Assembly (NCBI GenBank): GCA_002269645.1
Contig: NIVC01002788.1
Coordinates: 1 to 60,744, forward strand
Direction of reading: 5' to 3'
Source of the DNA: Macrostomum lignano
Lineage: Eukaryota
Length of the DNA stretch: 60,744 bases
Below are positions 23,325 through 35,450 of this stretch, piece by piece (within the stretch, counting starts at the first letter, position 1; each line of letters opens with the position of its first letter). Made by a program: the position numbers and the translations under genes. The notes under the pieces are model-generated. The model was not told the origin of the DNA. It did not search any database and was given only the letters and a program-made list of their open reading frames with translations.

Positions 23325-23735
23325 CCCCCCCTAGACATGCTGCAACTCCCTATAGAGACCCTGACCGCCCCCTAGACATGCTGCAACTCCCTATAGAGAC
23401 TCTGACTGCCCCCTAGACATGCTGCAACTCCCTATAGAGACTCTGACTGCCCCCTAGACATGCTGCAACTCCCTATAGAGACTCTGACTGCCCCCTAGAC
23501 ATGCTGCAACTCCCTATAGAGACTCTGACTGCCCCCTAGACATGCTGCAACTCCCTATAGAGACTCTGACTGCCCCCTAGACATGCTGCAACTCCCTATA
23601 GAGACTCTGACTGCCCCCTAGACATGCTGCAACTCCCTATAGAGACTCTGACTGCCCCCTAGACATGCTGCAACTCCCTATAGAGACTCTGACTGCCCCC
23701 TAGACATGCTGCAACTCCCTATAGAGACTCTGACC
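23325..23735. repeat. 41-bp minisatellite, ~10 copies, between the Canopy and PTPN13-like genes
   Basis: Unit CTAGACATGCTGCAACTCCCTATAGAGACTCTGACTGCCCC. Confidence 0.95.
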
Positions 23736-24107
23736 GCCCTTAAAAAACCCATACGGCCTTTAAATACAAATGCTCACTGAATTCAAAAGGAAATAACACG
23801 GATAATTTGTTAATTCATTACTCATACAGATGTCAGATTTTAAATGTTGAGATGTTGCAGTAAATTTTGGTAAAACAGCCTATTATTGTCATTACTAAAA
23901 TTAATGTAGTCTATTGCATTGTCTGTAACCAAATAAACGGAGTAAACAACTTCAGCCAATGAGTAAAAAGAGATAAAGACGAGGAGGAGATAAACATTTT
24001 GGCACACTATTGGAATAATATCGAAGTTGCTAAAATGAGTAAAACTGGAATTTTCAGACAATCGACTACTTGTACTTCTACTACAAGTAGGCAGATTAGC
24101 AAAAGAA

Positions 24108-25362
24108 CTACAGCTCCGGCTTGACGCTATCAAATTTCAGGTCCAATTTCTGCGCGCCGGACGCCACAACTGGATCGATTGGCGCCACAAAGTCGAGCGC
24201 CAATTGCTCGGCGGTGCACACCGCGGCCACCTCGGCGCAGAGCCACGCCTCTAGCTGTCGCGGCCGCTGCACAACCTGGCGGGCGACGGCCTCCTCGCGA
24301 TCGTCCAGCAGCTCCTCGCACCGCATGCGCAGCCAGTTGCCGAGGCCGGGATCGGCGTCGATCTGCTCCATGTCCACCGGCTTGCCATCGTCCCTGGTCA
24401 TTGTGACGAGGCCCCACCTGCGAGGGGAGGTATACGCGGGTGCTTAATTTAAAAATGTAACATTTCGAATATTCAGTAACATTTCATAATTGCCCTTGGA
24501 TGTACACGTATAGTCAACCTATTAGCTCATTTCATTCACTCCTTCCCCCTTTAGGCGTACATCTGTCTCTTATCTATCAGTTCCATTCATTCCTTCCCCC
24601 TTTAGGCGTACATCTGTCTCTTATCTATCTGTTCCATTCATTCCTTCGCCCTTTAGGCGTACATCTGTCTCTTATCTATCTGTTCCATTGATTCCTTCCC
24701 CCTTTAGGTGTACATAGTCCCTTATCTATCTGTTCCATTGGTTCCTTCCCCCTTTAGGTGTACATTGTCCCTTATCTATCTGTTCCATTGGTTCCTTCCC
24801 CTTTTAGATGTACATTGTCCCTTATCTATCTGTTCAATTGGTTCCTTCCCCTTTTAGATGTACATTGTCCTTTCTATCTGTTCCATTTATTTCTACCCCA
24901 ATAATCTTATAAAGATCTGCTAAGGATCGATAGTTTTTTCGACACAACCCTCATAACTCTCCTAGTATAGAGTACACGGACCTCGTTTGCTCTTTTCACC
25001 GTCTTAGAAATATACATGTACTCTCGAACGCTGACCCTTACCGGTATAGCTGTTCTACTATAGGCCTCAGCGTACAGTATACTGTACAGCTCAGAATACC
25101 TGTCCTGTTTCTCCTGATGCTGCATCCGGCCGTAGACCGGCAGATGTCGGCACACTCGCTCCACAGCGTCGCTCAACCGAGCAAATTTCGCCTTGTCGTC
25201 CTCCGCCTTCGGTGGCGACTTGGCCGTCTCGATCGCCGTCAGAATGGCGCGAGAGACGGCGCGGCAGGCGGAGCAGTTCAAGTCTGCAGACTTGCTTGAG
25301 TCACCGCTCGCCTGAGCTGCTGGCAGAAGCAGCGGCAGCAGCAGCACTTGCATCAGGTACAT
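24108..25362 (-). CDS. CNPY: Canopy-family (saposin B-type) ER protein, two exons (25362-25100 and 24417-24108)
   Basis: Signal peptide (MQVLLLPLLLPAAQA), CSACRAV, VERVC, LRMRCEELLDDREE, WLCAEVAAVC and a C-terminal KDEL-like KPEL; phase-2 GT-AG intron. Paralog not resolved. Confidence 0.8.
24520..24900. repeat. ~50-bp intronic minisatellite, ~7 copies
   Basis: Unit CATTCATTCCTTCCCCCTTTAGG(C/T)GTACATCTGTCTCTTATCTATCTGTTC. Confidence 0.9.
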
Positions 25363-26391
25363 CTAGGCACGTTCTAACAAGGTTTGAGCCAGGCGCTTTG
25401 TAGATGTAGATTGAAATTAATCGCATTGAATTCTTATTCCAAACATTTGATGGAATTTGCAGTGTACTGAGACATCATTTGAACACTCGGGACTCAGGTA
25501 CTGTACACCCACATAACCAAAAACCTCGCCTCCACATCGGGGCGATACCGCCCGGCGATTCGTCTAAACATCGCCGAGCGATCGCCCTTATCTCGCCGAA
25601 ATATCGCGGCTGTCCGCAGGGGCGATATCGTCCCGTATCGCCCGGCGATATCGTTTGGCGAGCAATTGGCGATGAATTGACGATACAGTTATAATTCTGG
25701 TTTAAATGATAGCATTAAAAATTATTGAAAGAATCAACAGACACAGCTCAATACTGCAAATTTATTATTCCATCAGATGGCTTATAGCTATCCTTCAAGT
25801 CGCTGGGGACGAAAATTCCACAAGTTCTTATTAATGCCACTTTCAATTTTTAATATATATTTCACTTCTAATGATGCTACTTCTAGCAGCATGTATGGTG
25901 AAAATTCAGCTATAAATATGCAGCAGGCAGGGAGAGAAAAATTGCAATAGTTAAACTTGAGCACTAAAGACTTTCATTTGACAAATATTGAAGACAAATG
26001 CTGGGCTGGTTGGCAATAAGATAAAACATACGTTTGACAAGTTTGACAAGTATAATGCATTCTTGTCAGACTCCCAGAATCTTTAAATGACTCGAAATTC
26101 GGAACTTTATCAATTTTTGCCCTTTAAACCCTAAGCCAAGTCAAAATGACACTCATAACAATAAAATTTCTTGATAATACCAGGCTGGCATGAACCCGTC
26201 TCAATTTGGTCATGCTAATAGAATGACGGTCATGTCAGTACATGACTAAGTCTAAGGCAAAAAACCCAGATGACTAAATAACCAAATATTAAATATTAAT
26301 AAGTATTTCCGACTTCTTTAACAAGCAATTCGACAGTGAATATTGGTTACTTCACAATGGAAAAATTAAATGTAACAAGGTAAAATTCCAG

Positions 26392-27550
26392 TTACTTCGA
26401 CTTATCATGCTTGCGCAGAATATCACCCGCATGCATCAGACTGTGGGCGATTGAATCATCAATCTCCTTGTCCGTAAACATGGTGTTGCCCAGACGAGCA
26501 GCCCTGACAACTACCCTGTGGAGAGTTGTATTCTTGAATGCCTTCTTCGGACCAACACCAGTGAAGTTAAATTGTAGTAGCACCTCGGCTGCCACGACAT
26601 TACGAAGCATTCTTCTAATGAGCTCCCTCGCATCCTTACCACCCACGTGGGCCAGTTTTTGTGCCTAGAATGGGCAAATTTGTGAATGACAGAAAATTTT
26701 GAGCACTTGTTTGGGTTAACTCTTCAAAACAATTTATGTTGTGCACTGCACAGAAAAATTACTGTACTAAAATACGCCTACAGAATTTGTAAACCTGAAT
26801 AAATAAAACTTGGCACTCAAATTAAAAACAAGGCCTTTTCTGTGTACCCAAGAAGACTTAAACGATTTTTACTGACCATGCAGTAACTGCCTAGAAAATA
26901 AAAGTTGAGTAACCTAAAGATTCGGTTCTATACTTCAGGACTAAAAGTTAGTATAACTTTTATATACAGCAGGTATATGAGCATTGAAAAATTTTTCTTA
27001 CCATTAGTTTCTCATGCTTCTTGTCCCCAAGCCACTCGAGCAGACTCTCCATTTGCTCCATCGAATTGACTGGCAGGCAGTGGGGAATGTCCGGTAGGTC
27101 CTGTTGGTGTAGTCCATTCGAAATGACCGACAGCTTTCTTGTGATGACTTCGACAGTCTCACGGATGGACGCCAGCTCCCGTAGGACTTTGACCTCAAAA
27201 CCTACAACAAATTCAGGATGACCGATACAAATTGTGCATAATTTTTTTATAGTATAGCTTTTCCCTGCGTCACGATACACTTGAAAGCTAAGCTTTTGAC
27301 TTACGTGACAGGCCCATGTTCGCAGAACTCTGTGCAGTCTAGTGTGTGCCGAGGCGTCATGATCATGGAGGCGACAGCAGGCGTCGAAGCAGCCTTCGAA
27401 GGCCTGGAAGGTGTGGTAATACTAGCAGCCATTGCTCCTCCTGTAGAACTCTCGCGGGACTGCTCCGTTGTTAGAACATGGCAGTCGGCCGGAGTAGGAG
27501 TACCGCAGCCTGTAGAGCCGTTCGACTGGGGATGAGTCGCCGGTAGATCA
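26392..27550 (-). CDS. DUF4806 (BEN-like) domain protein carried by the outer element; 3' exons only
   Basis: Exon 27201-27002 (CLPVNSMEQMESLLEWL) splices in phase 0 to 26664-26392 (LAHVGGKDARELIRRMLRNVVAAEVLLQFNFTG...KKAFKNTTLHRVV...EIDDSIAHSLMHAGD), matching the remembered DUF4806 pattern. An upstream S/T-rich exon at ~27550-27305 has a phase mismatch. Confidence 0.7.
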
Positions 27551-28454
27551 ATAGCTACTATAAAATTTATTGCAAATTGAGATCTAGTCAAACTTAGTTT
27601 TGAAATGACTAAGCTTAGCCCTAGGAGGGTAGCTAACCTAAATACTAAAAACCATGGCATAGGAAATGGCTAAGTCAAAAATTATAGATAAGGAAAATGA
27701 CAATAACTATATAGCTATATATAGCCCGTATAAAACGAAACGGTCACAAAAAGGGGCTGTGACCGTTCCACTTGTTACCGTGGTCTGTAATGCTTGTGAC
27801 CGTTTATTGTGACCGTTCATGTTCATGATAATAAGGTAACATGATACCGTTCATAGTTACCATATATGTGACCGTTTGTTCAGGGTCACATGTTACCGTT
27901 CAATGTGACCGTATTTTGTGACCGTTTGTTCAGGGTCACATGTTACCGTTCAATGTGACCGTATTTTGTGACCGTTTGTTCAGGGTCACGTGTTGCCGTT
28001 CAATGTTACCGTATTTTGTGACCGTTTGTTCAGGGTCACATGTTACCGTTCAATGTGACCGTATTTTGTGACCGTTTGTTCAGGGTCACGTGTTGCCGTT
28101 CAATGTTACCGTATTTTGTGACCGTTTGTTCAGGGTCACGTGTTGCCGTTCAATGTTACCGTATTTTGTGACCGTTTGTTCAGGGTCACATGTTACCGTT
28201 CAATGTGACCGTATTTTGTGACCGTTTTGCTTAGGGTAACTATGTTACTGTTTACTGTTACCATATTTTGTGACCATTTTGTGATCTTGTGTGTTTTTTC
28301 TGACTATTGACCAACAGTATAATAATGTGCAAATAAGTAACAGGAATACAAATCAGCAGTAATATATTAGATGTGAAGTAACCAGTAATTGCGGCAATTA
28401 AGCTTTATATACGCAAAGCGCACTATTATTAAAATGCATTATTATATGGTACAT

Positions 28455-28735
28455 AGCGATCGCAGAAGTGCGCCAAAATGAACTAGTTGAATTAGTGGGA
28501 CATCGCAGAAGTGCGCCAAAAAGAACTAGTTGAATTAGTGGGACATCGCAGAAGTGCGCCAAAAAGAACTAGTTGAATTAGTGGGACATCGCAGAAGTGC
28601 GCCAAAAAGAACTAGTTGAATTAGTGGGACATCGCAGAAGTGCGCCAAAATGAACTAGTTGAATTAGTGGGACATCGCAGAAGTGCGCCAAAAAGAACTA
28701 GTTGAATTAGTGGGACATCGCAGAAGTGCGCGACC
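28455..28735. repeat. 43-bp minisatellite, ~7 copies, inside the inner element
   Basis: Unit GACATCGCAGAAGTGCGCCAAAAAGAACTAGTTGAATTAGTGG. Confidence 0.9.
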
Positions 28736-28943
28736 AAAAGTTAAGCAGTTTTAGAAACCCATTGTACTGCGACGTTTAGGTTTAGTTTAGCTTTGTTTAG
28801 TTTAGCACAATGATATGTTGCATACACAAATTTCTCCCTCCCACTCTCTCCATTTTCTTTCATTATTCCCGATAAGATCAGAAAAAGCCCAGTAAATAAT
28901 AAAATGCCCGAAATGGCTGCATTTCAGTCTGGTACACTTCGAC

Positions 28944-30917
28944 TCATGGATTTGCAGATGGATGAGAGGCTGCAGCTTCGTCGTCATTGTGATCTCCGTT
29001 GTCGCCAACGTTGGCGTCCTCATCATCGGCATCGATGTCGATCGTCGCCACCTCATTTCCGCTGGGTGCCAATTTGAGCGATTTTTGTAGTTTTCGCGCA
29101 ATACAGAATCCAGTGCGCTTAAACACGCCGGCATACTTTCTCTCCGGAATTTGGTTGGGCAACTGCAGGCCTTCAATAAACGCCTTAATGGCGAATTTTT
29201 TTCTCTTTGACACTTCCGCCTTTGGTGGCGGACCAGTTTTTGTCGACCTACGTCCCGTGTAAGAGCAGGTCGTCAGCTCGTCGTCCGTGAAAATTGCTAG
29301 GTACAAGGTCCGAAGCAATTTATCTGCGTCGGTACTCCTGTAACCTCCCTTGACATAGGCGGACACGGCATTCTTTATCTTTGCGTAGTCGGTGGCCGAC
29401 ACGACGACGTCGGGACAGCGCGCTGTCAAGGACCTCGTCTCGGGCTCACGTTTCCGCTGATTCACTGACGACATTCGGATCTGAGCGCGCAGGTCCATGT
29501 CGTCCAGCAACGGAGCTGCAGACGAGGCGGCCGCAGAAGCGCCACCACCAGCAGTCGTACTGCTGCTGCTAATCGTGTCAGCAACGCAATCTACTACGAT
29601 ATCCTGCGAAACCGCACCTTGCAGAACGCCGATGGCGGAAAACACGGCGTCCTGCAACACCGTAGCATATTTGGCGAGAACACCGACCGATTGTTCAGCA
29701 GAACTTGAAGGATTAGCACCGATCTGTGCGTACTCGAGTTGGCACTCCAACTCGCGTGTTCTATTGGCTGCACTTTCATACTTCTCTTTGTACTCATTGC
29801 GCTCAAATTCAGCGTCTTCGAGTCTTTTGGCCAGGTCTTCATTCTGCCGTTGCAGGCTTTCCCTGTAGCCGTCGGCAGTCTGCTGCGCCAATTCGGCGGA
29901 TGTCCGGAGGTTTAAAACCTCATGCCTGAGCGCCTGGCAGGTGGCGCAACCGTTAGGCATGTTAATGCCACCCGGCCTGTGTACCGCTTGACAGGCACTG
30001 GCACCGGCTTCTGCAGCCGCCTTTGTGCGGTATGGCCCTTTGCATATTCGCACGCGGTACGCCTTACTATTGGCGGTCTTTCCCGGTCTAATGGTGACAT
30101 CATCGTCAACTGACAGTTTGCTCGGATCTACTGAGCCGTCAGTAACAACACACTTGTCGGCATAGACTCCAAGCCGACCGCCGTCTTCCGGCGCATATTC
30201 AAATACCCAGTAGCGGTATGCTGCTGGGCCACCGGAAGCTGGCTTTTTACCGGCGCCAGTCGCAGAGGTGCTAGAAGCGCCAGCGGCGGTAGAAGCACCA
30301 GCGGGAGTAGAAGCACCATCAGTGTTAGCGCATGCGCCAGCTGCAGCGGCGGCAGTAGCGCCAGGATAGGCGGCCAACTGGCAAAAGTTACGCAGTTTAG
30401 CGTCGTGTGAATCATAATCATCGCCGTCACCGTCATCGTCGCTAGGCGCTTGGCTGGCAGAGCTTTCGGTAGCTTCGCTGGCATCGCCGGCTTCACTGGC
30501 AGTTTCGCTGGCAGAGCTTTCGGTAGCTTCGCTGGCATCGCCGGCTTCACTGGCAGTTTCGCTGGCAGAGCTTTCGGCAGCTTCGCTGGCATCGCCGGCT
30601 TCACTGGCAGTTTCGCTGGTGGAGGCTTCGCCGGTAGATGGCGGTTGTGAAGTAGCTTCGCCGGTAGATGGCGGTTGTGAAGTAGCTTCGCCGGTAGATG
30701 GCGGTTGTGGAGTACCTTCGCTACCGATGTCGTCGTCTGGATGACGGCGCTTATTACCACGATTCGTCTGTGGATTTCCAATGGCGGCGCCCATTGCAGT
30801 CGTTCCAGATTGCAACCACTGTTGTCGCCTTTGAAATAGAAGCTGCACTGTCTTGCGTTCTCGAAATCGTTTCACTCTTAAACGATTCATAATGGCGCGG
30901 CGTTGCTGGTCTTCCAT
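28944..30917 (-). CDS. Intronless 657-aa protein: basic N-terminal helix, acidic repeats, coiled coil and C-terminal BEN domain
   Basis: Intact ORF; RLRVKRFRERK at the N-terminus; 10-aa and 18-aa internal repeats; heptad segment LRTSAELAQQ...RELECQL; KLLRTLYLAIFTDDELTTCSYTGRRS...KKFAIKAFI fits the BEN consensus. No DDE transposase motif. Confidence 0.8.
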   Translation of the reverse strand: MEDQQRRAIMNRLRVKRFRERKTVQLLFQRRQQWLQSGTTAMGAAIGNPQTNRGNKRRHPDDDIGSEGTPQPPSTGEATSQPPSTGEATSQPPSTGEASTSETASEAGDASEAAESSASETASEAGDASEATESSASETASEAGDASEATESSASQAPSDDDGDGDDYDSHDAKLRNFCQLAAYPGATAAAAAGACANTDGASTPAGASTAAGASSTSATGAGKKPASGGPAAYRYWVFEYAPEDGGRLGVYADKCVVTDGSVDPSKLSVDDDVTIRPGKTANSKAYRVRICKGPYRTKAAAEAGASACQAVHRPGGINMPNGCATCQALRHEVLNLRTSAELAQQTADGYRESLQRQNEDLAKRLEDAEFERNEYKEKYESAANRTRELECQLEYAQIGANPSSSAEQSVGVLAKYATVLQDAVFSAIGVLQGAVSQDIVVDCVADTISSSSTTAGGGASAAASSAAPLLDDMDLRAQIRMSSVNQRKREPETRSLTARCPDVVVSATDYAKIKNAVSAYVKGGYRSTDADKLLRTLYLAIFTDDELTTCSYTGRRSTKTGPPPKAEVSKRKKFAIKAFIEGLQLPNQIPERKYAGVFKRTGFCIARKLQKSLKLAPSGNEVATIDIDADDEDANVGDNGDHNDDEAAASHPSANP

Positions 30918-33900
30918 GATAGAGATTTTTGTTCTTAATGATTCTTATCCTCTGCAAAAGTGGCAAACGTTCATGAGAAATTAGTCAGCTGCTTCGTGGG
31001 TTACCGTCACTTCTCCTTATATACTGATTTGAAAGAGAACGTATCCCTGGGCATAGGTAATAAATTTGCTTCCCTATTCATAACTATCACTTGTCCATAC
31101 CTAACTATATATAACTGGGTATCCATGTGACCTATTTCAGGAGAGGCTACTCTGTAAAATTGTAAAGTAAAAATTCAGGCAACAATAACACGTGTGTCAC
31201 GCTGCACTCAAATTAAGCAACATAGTAGCAGCCTTTTATGCAATGAAGACGACAACAGTTGGTAGAAAGCGACAAGTAGTAAACTCCACAACAGAACAAA
31301 ACGGTCACAAAATACGGTAACAGTGAACGGTAACATGTGACCCTGAACAAACGGTCACAAAATACAGTCACATTGATCTGTAACATGTGACCCTTAACAA
31401 AACGGTCACAAAATATGGTCACATTGAATGGTCACATGGTTACCCTAAACAAAACAGTCACAAAATACGGTCACATTGATCGGTAACATGTGACCCTGAA
31501 CAAACGGTCACAAAATACAGTCACATTGAACGGTCACATGGTTACCCTAAACAAAACGGCCACAAAATATGGTCACATTGATTGGTAACATGTGACCCTA
31601 AACAAAACGGTCACAAAATATGGTCACATTGAATGGTCACATGGTTACCCTAAACAAAACGGTGACATTGATTGGTAACATGTGACCCTGAACAAAACGG
31701 TCACAAAATACAGTAACTATGAACAGTCACATGGTTACCCTAAACAAAATGGTCACAAAGTACGGTAACATTGAACAGTCACCTGGTGACCCTGAACTAA
31801 ACAGTCACAAATACGGTAAAAAAATGGTAACTGGTGACCGTAACGGTAAAAAACATGGTAACAGCCCCTTTTTGAGACCATTTCGTTTTATACGGGTAGT
31901 ATAAACTATTAGCTACCTACATTGTAACTGATCTTTAATACAGACTTGCTTTTTTATTCAATTTCAATATCAATTGCTAGGCTATTATATTCTATAAAAT
32001 AAGTTTCTAATTAGCATTCAGGAAGTAAAACTCAAAGTCTAAAATAAGTTAACCTTAATACCTAGGACCCCAGACTCTAGATGGTATACATGTATGCCGG
32101 AATTATCTGGCATATAGAGGGACCTAGATTACACATTAGCATACAACTTGGCATACAAAGGGGCCTGGCATGCCCTCTTAGTGTACAGCTTGGCATATAG
32201 AGATTGCTAAGACCAGTAGCTGGGACCAAAAGTTCCGAGTCCCAACAATAAATCTAGATAATTAGCATACAAAAATGATTAAGTTTGTATTTGGCATAGT
32301 CTCCATGTACATAGTTACAGTAGCTAAATTTTGATCAGAAATAGTGGGCCTTTTATGAAAAAAATGGAAAAATAAATAAATAAACTGGGTTTAACTTTTC
32401 CAAGAAAGTAAAAATAAAACAAAAATAGTAAAAATAAACTAGTTCTCTACAGTTTAGTAAAAAGATTTTCAGTTGTAACATATAAGTTGTTTGAATATTT
32501 AAATTTTGCAAGCTTTTAGTATTAGTTATAATTTGTAATTTTTTGGCATATTTTTGTATGCGATAAAAAGTTTGTTGGTGTACATTGGCATGCATGAGCT
32601 ACAGAAGCAATTCTCGTCTTGACATATAGCAGTACACGGTCTTGACCCTAGCTAGGACCATGGGGAATGTGGGTTTTGGTTGGAAAGGCCCATCACTTTT
32701 TATTCAAGAAAATCAATATCACTATCAATAGCTAGGTATAAAAAATTTCCACTTGTCAAAAATTCTCCAAAATCTACTAAATATCTTACATTAATAATAT
32801 TGACATTTGACATAAACAGTTTATTAAGATTTGGACATTAGCAAGTAAAATATTTTATCTTTATCCATAGTGTAGATCATGTAGTGCACGCGAGAATTTT
32901 CCCGCATGCATTTTCAAAAGTGGCGTGCACCGGCATGCAATTAGGTAAGTGGCATGCATTTGGCTTGCATAATGCACACTATATAAATACACTGGCGTGC
33001 CTGGTGTGCGACGCGTGCCACGTGCCTGGCACCTGATATAGCAAAGCTGCCAATGCAATGGTAAGCAGACATAAAATATGTATTATTGTATTTAACTTTT
33101 GAAAAAAACTATTGTAAATAAACAATGTATAAGACTGTTAAATAAATTAATGTATGAGAAATACACGTTTTTAAAGATATATCATTTCTTTTGTACATCG
33201 TTTGTTGCTTTGTTTTACACAATGAAATTCAACATACATTTTTGTCTTATTAAATTTGAATTTGAATTTATTGTTGTCCTAATGGGCGTGGAATTTGTCC
33301 TAGTAGCGCATGCATCGGTGTGCATTCGCTTGTCGTCGGCGTGCTTTTGGGAATTAGCTTTGGGTTGTTTCTCATGTGCACTTAGCATGATCCACACTAT
33401 GGATCTTTATGAAGTCCACAAAAGCTATCTTTTACTTGTTGAATATAGGCTGTAGTAGCTAACTTAGCTAAATATTTAGAATTTTCCAAATGAAAACCTA
33501 ATCAATTGCAAAGATCATGTTGAAATGAAATAAACAATGAAGGAAATTTAAGTTAGGCCCTAATCAACTATATTGGCAGTTGGCACTGATGACATCAGTG
33601 CTGTTATAATTATAGAATTTGAAATTCATTGCTGAATTAAAATTATAAATTGATTGAAATAATGATTCACAGTGACTGCTAAGCCTAGTAGTTTTAACCT
33701 TAATACCTAGGTTAAGGTTAGCCTAGGTTAAGGTTAATGTAAATCTCTCTGCACATGATTTTGCTGTCAGAATTTTGCAAAAAGTGAGTTTATTGCAACC
33801 CTAAGTCCAGTAAATTCAGTAATAGTTATAATTTCTCTAAAAGAGCCAAAATGCATTTGAATTCTAAAAATGTAATTAAAAGTATGCGTCTACCAACACT

Positions 33901-34879
33901 TCGAAATGCAAAATTGGCATCTGGATGAGCAAGAGAAAAATCTCTAAAAATGAAGTGCCAAAAACACAGTTTGGCAAAATAAAACTCTGACCACTAGAGT
34001 ACTCTTACTATCTACCACTATTTACCACAGTTTTTTGTTTCACAAAAAATCTTGAGCGTAAGACATGTATAAAATATGTTAAAGGAACATGAGATGATAA
34101 TCTGTCTTACTTATTATATAAAAGTTCTGCGCTAGCTAAGTCGTGTGCAGCGTCATTTTTAAAAGAGCATACATTTATTGCGTATTTTATCAAAGTAATA
34201 AATGAATTTTGCAGTCAGATACACAAAGCAGGACAAGACAACTAACAAACATATATTTTATTTCCATATATTAAAACTACAAACTTACCTTGATATACAT
34301 CTTATTTGAATCAAAGTTTCAAAATTAACTTGAAAACAGTGCCACGCCAATCGCTAAAATATCGCGCTGCGATGCACGAACTTGTTTATAATGTACGGTA
34401 CGATAGACTAAAAAATAATGCTAAAACTGAAGAGTGTCACTCACTTTCAACCCACCATTCACAAAGGGATCTTAAATTGCAAATTTATGCGTCAAGTGGG
34501 CTAAAAACATGTGAATTAGGCATATGCCTATGGATATGGATCGAATTCCAAACGTTGTTCCATCGCTCGGCGATGGTGCAATTATCGCCAAGGCATCGAA
34601 ACTCGAGGTTTCGGCGATTTCACAAGAATGCGCGCAAGATGGGCCAATATAGGTTTGAACTTCGTTTTAGTGCCTTTTAGACATATAATAGGACTTAAGA
34701 GGCAATTTATTATCGTATTGATTTATCGCCGATCGATATCGCTTTGATATTGCTTAGATATCGCCAGGCGAGATATCGTCTAATATTGCCACGCGATGGG
34801 GACGCAAGCCTTTGGCGAGATTCTTGGTTACGTGGGCACTGTGTGTATGTACATTTTCAAGTTATGTCTGTTCAACCCC

Positions 34880-35450
34880 TACTCCCTCTGATCCTCCGCT
34901 GTTCCGCCCCCTACTCCCTCTGATCCTCCGCTTCTCCACCACCTACTCCCTCCGCTTCTCCACCACCTACTCCCTCCGCTTCTCCACCCCTGGTCCCTCC
35001 GCTTCTCCGCCCCTACTCCCTCCGCTACTCCTCTTGCTACTCCCTCCGCTTCTCCGCCCCCTCCGATCCTCTGTTGTTCCGCCCCCCACTCACTTCGATC
35101 CTCGGCTGTTCCGCCCCCTACTCCCTCCGCTTCTCCGCCCCCTACTTCCTCTGCTTTTCCGCCCCCTACTCTCTTCGCTTCTACGCCCCTACTCCCTCCG
35201 CTTCTCCGCTCCCTACTCCCTCCGCTTCTCCGCTCCCTCCGATCCTCTGCTGTTCCGCCCCCTACTCCCTCCGATCCTCTGCTGTTCCGCCCCCTACTCC
35301 CTCCGATCCTCTGCTGTTCCGCTCACTACTCCTCCGATCCTCTGCTGTTCCGCTCACTACTCCCCCGATTCTCTGCTGTTCCGCTCACTACTCCTCCGAT
35401 CCTCTGCTGTTCCGCCCACTACTCCCTCCAGTTCCCTGCTGTTCTGCCCC
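34880..35450. repeat. Pyrimidine-rich ~23-bp irregular repeat
   Basis: CTACTCCCTCCG(CTTCTCC/ATCCTCTGCTGTTCC)GCCC blocks. Confidence 0.85.

Larger units (their letters stand above)
27725..31896. mobile_element. Inner CCC-terminated CACTA-like element (4172 bp)
   Basis: 40-bp TIR CCCGTATAAAACGAAACGGTCACAAAAAGGGGCTGTGACC with 3 mismatches; 3-bp TSD TAG (27722-27724 and 31897-31899); oppositely oriented subterminal 50-bp GTGACCG arrays at ~27870-28225 and ~31295-31800. Confidence 0.9.
25508..34836. mobile_element. Outer CCC-terminated CACTA/EnSpm-like element (~9.3 kb including the nested insert)
   Basis: Left end CCCACATAACCAAAAACCTCGCC versus right end (reverse complement) CCCACGTAACCAAGAATCTCGCC; flanked by CA on both sides (possible 2-bp TSD); subterminal ATCGCC/GGCGAT/GATATCG clusters at 25535-25680 and 34540-34800. 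Superfamily is inferred from architecture. Confidence 0.75.

Noticed and set aside
23325-23735. GCTGCAACTCCC in the 41-bp unit as a ZNF143/Staf motif
   Set aside because: Two mismatches to ACTACAAYTCCC and no downstream half; left out of the motif tally to limit cherry-picking.
33700-33735. CCTAGGTTAAGGTTAG duplication as a telomere-like seed
   Set aside because: Only two copies and not a TTAGGG-type array.
31900-34500. Transposase or upstream DUF4806 exons in the right part of the outer element
   Set aside because: AT-rich, with only short ORFs lacking recognisable motifs; short spliced exons cannot be excluded without transcripts.
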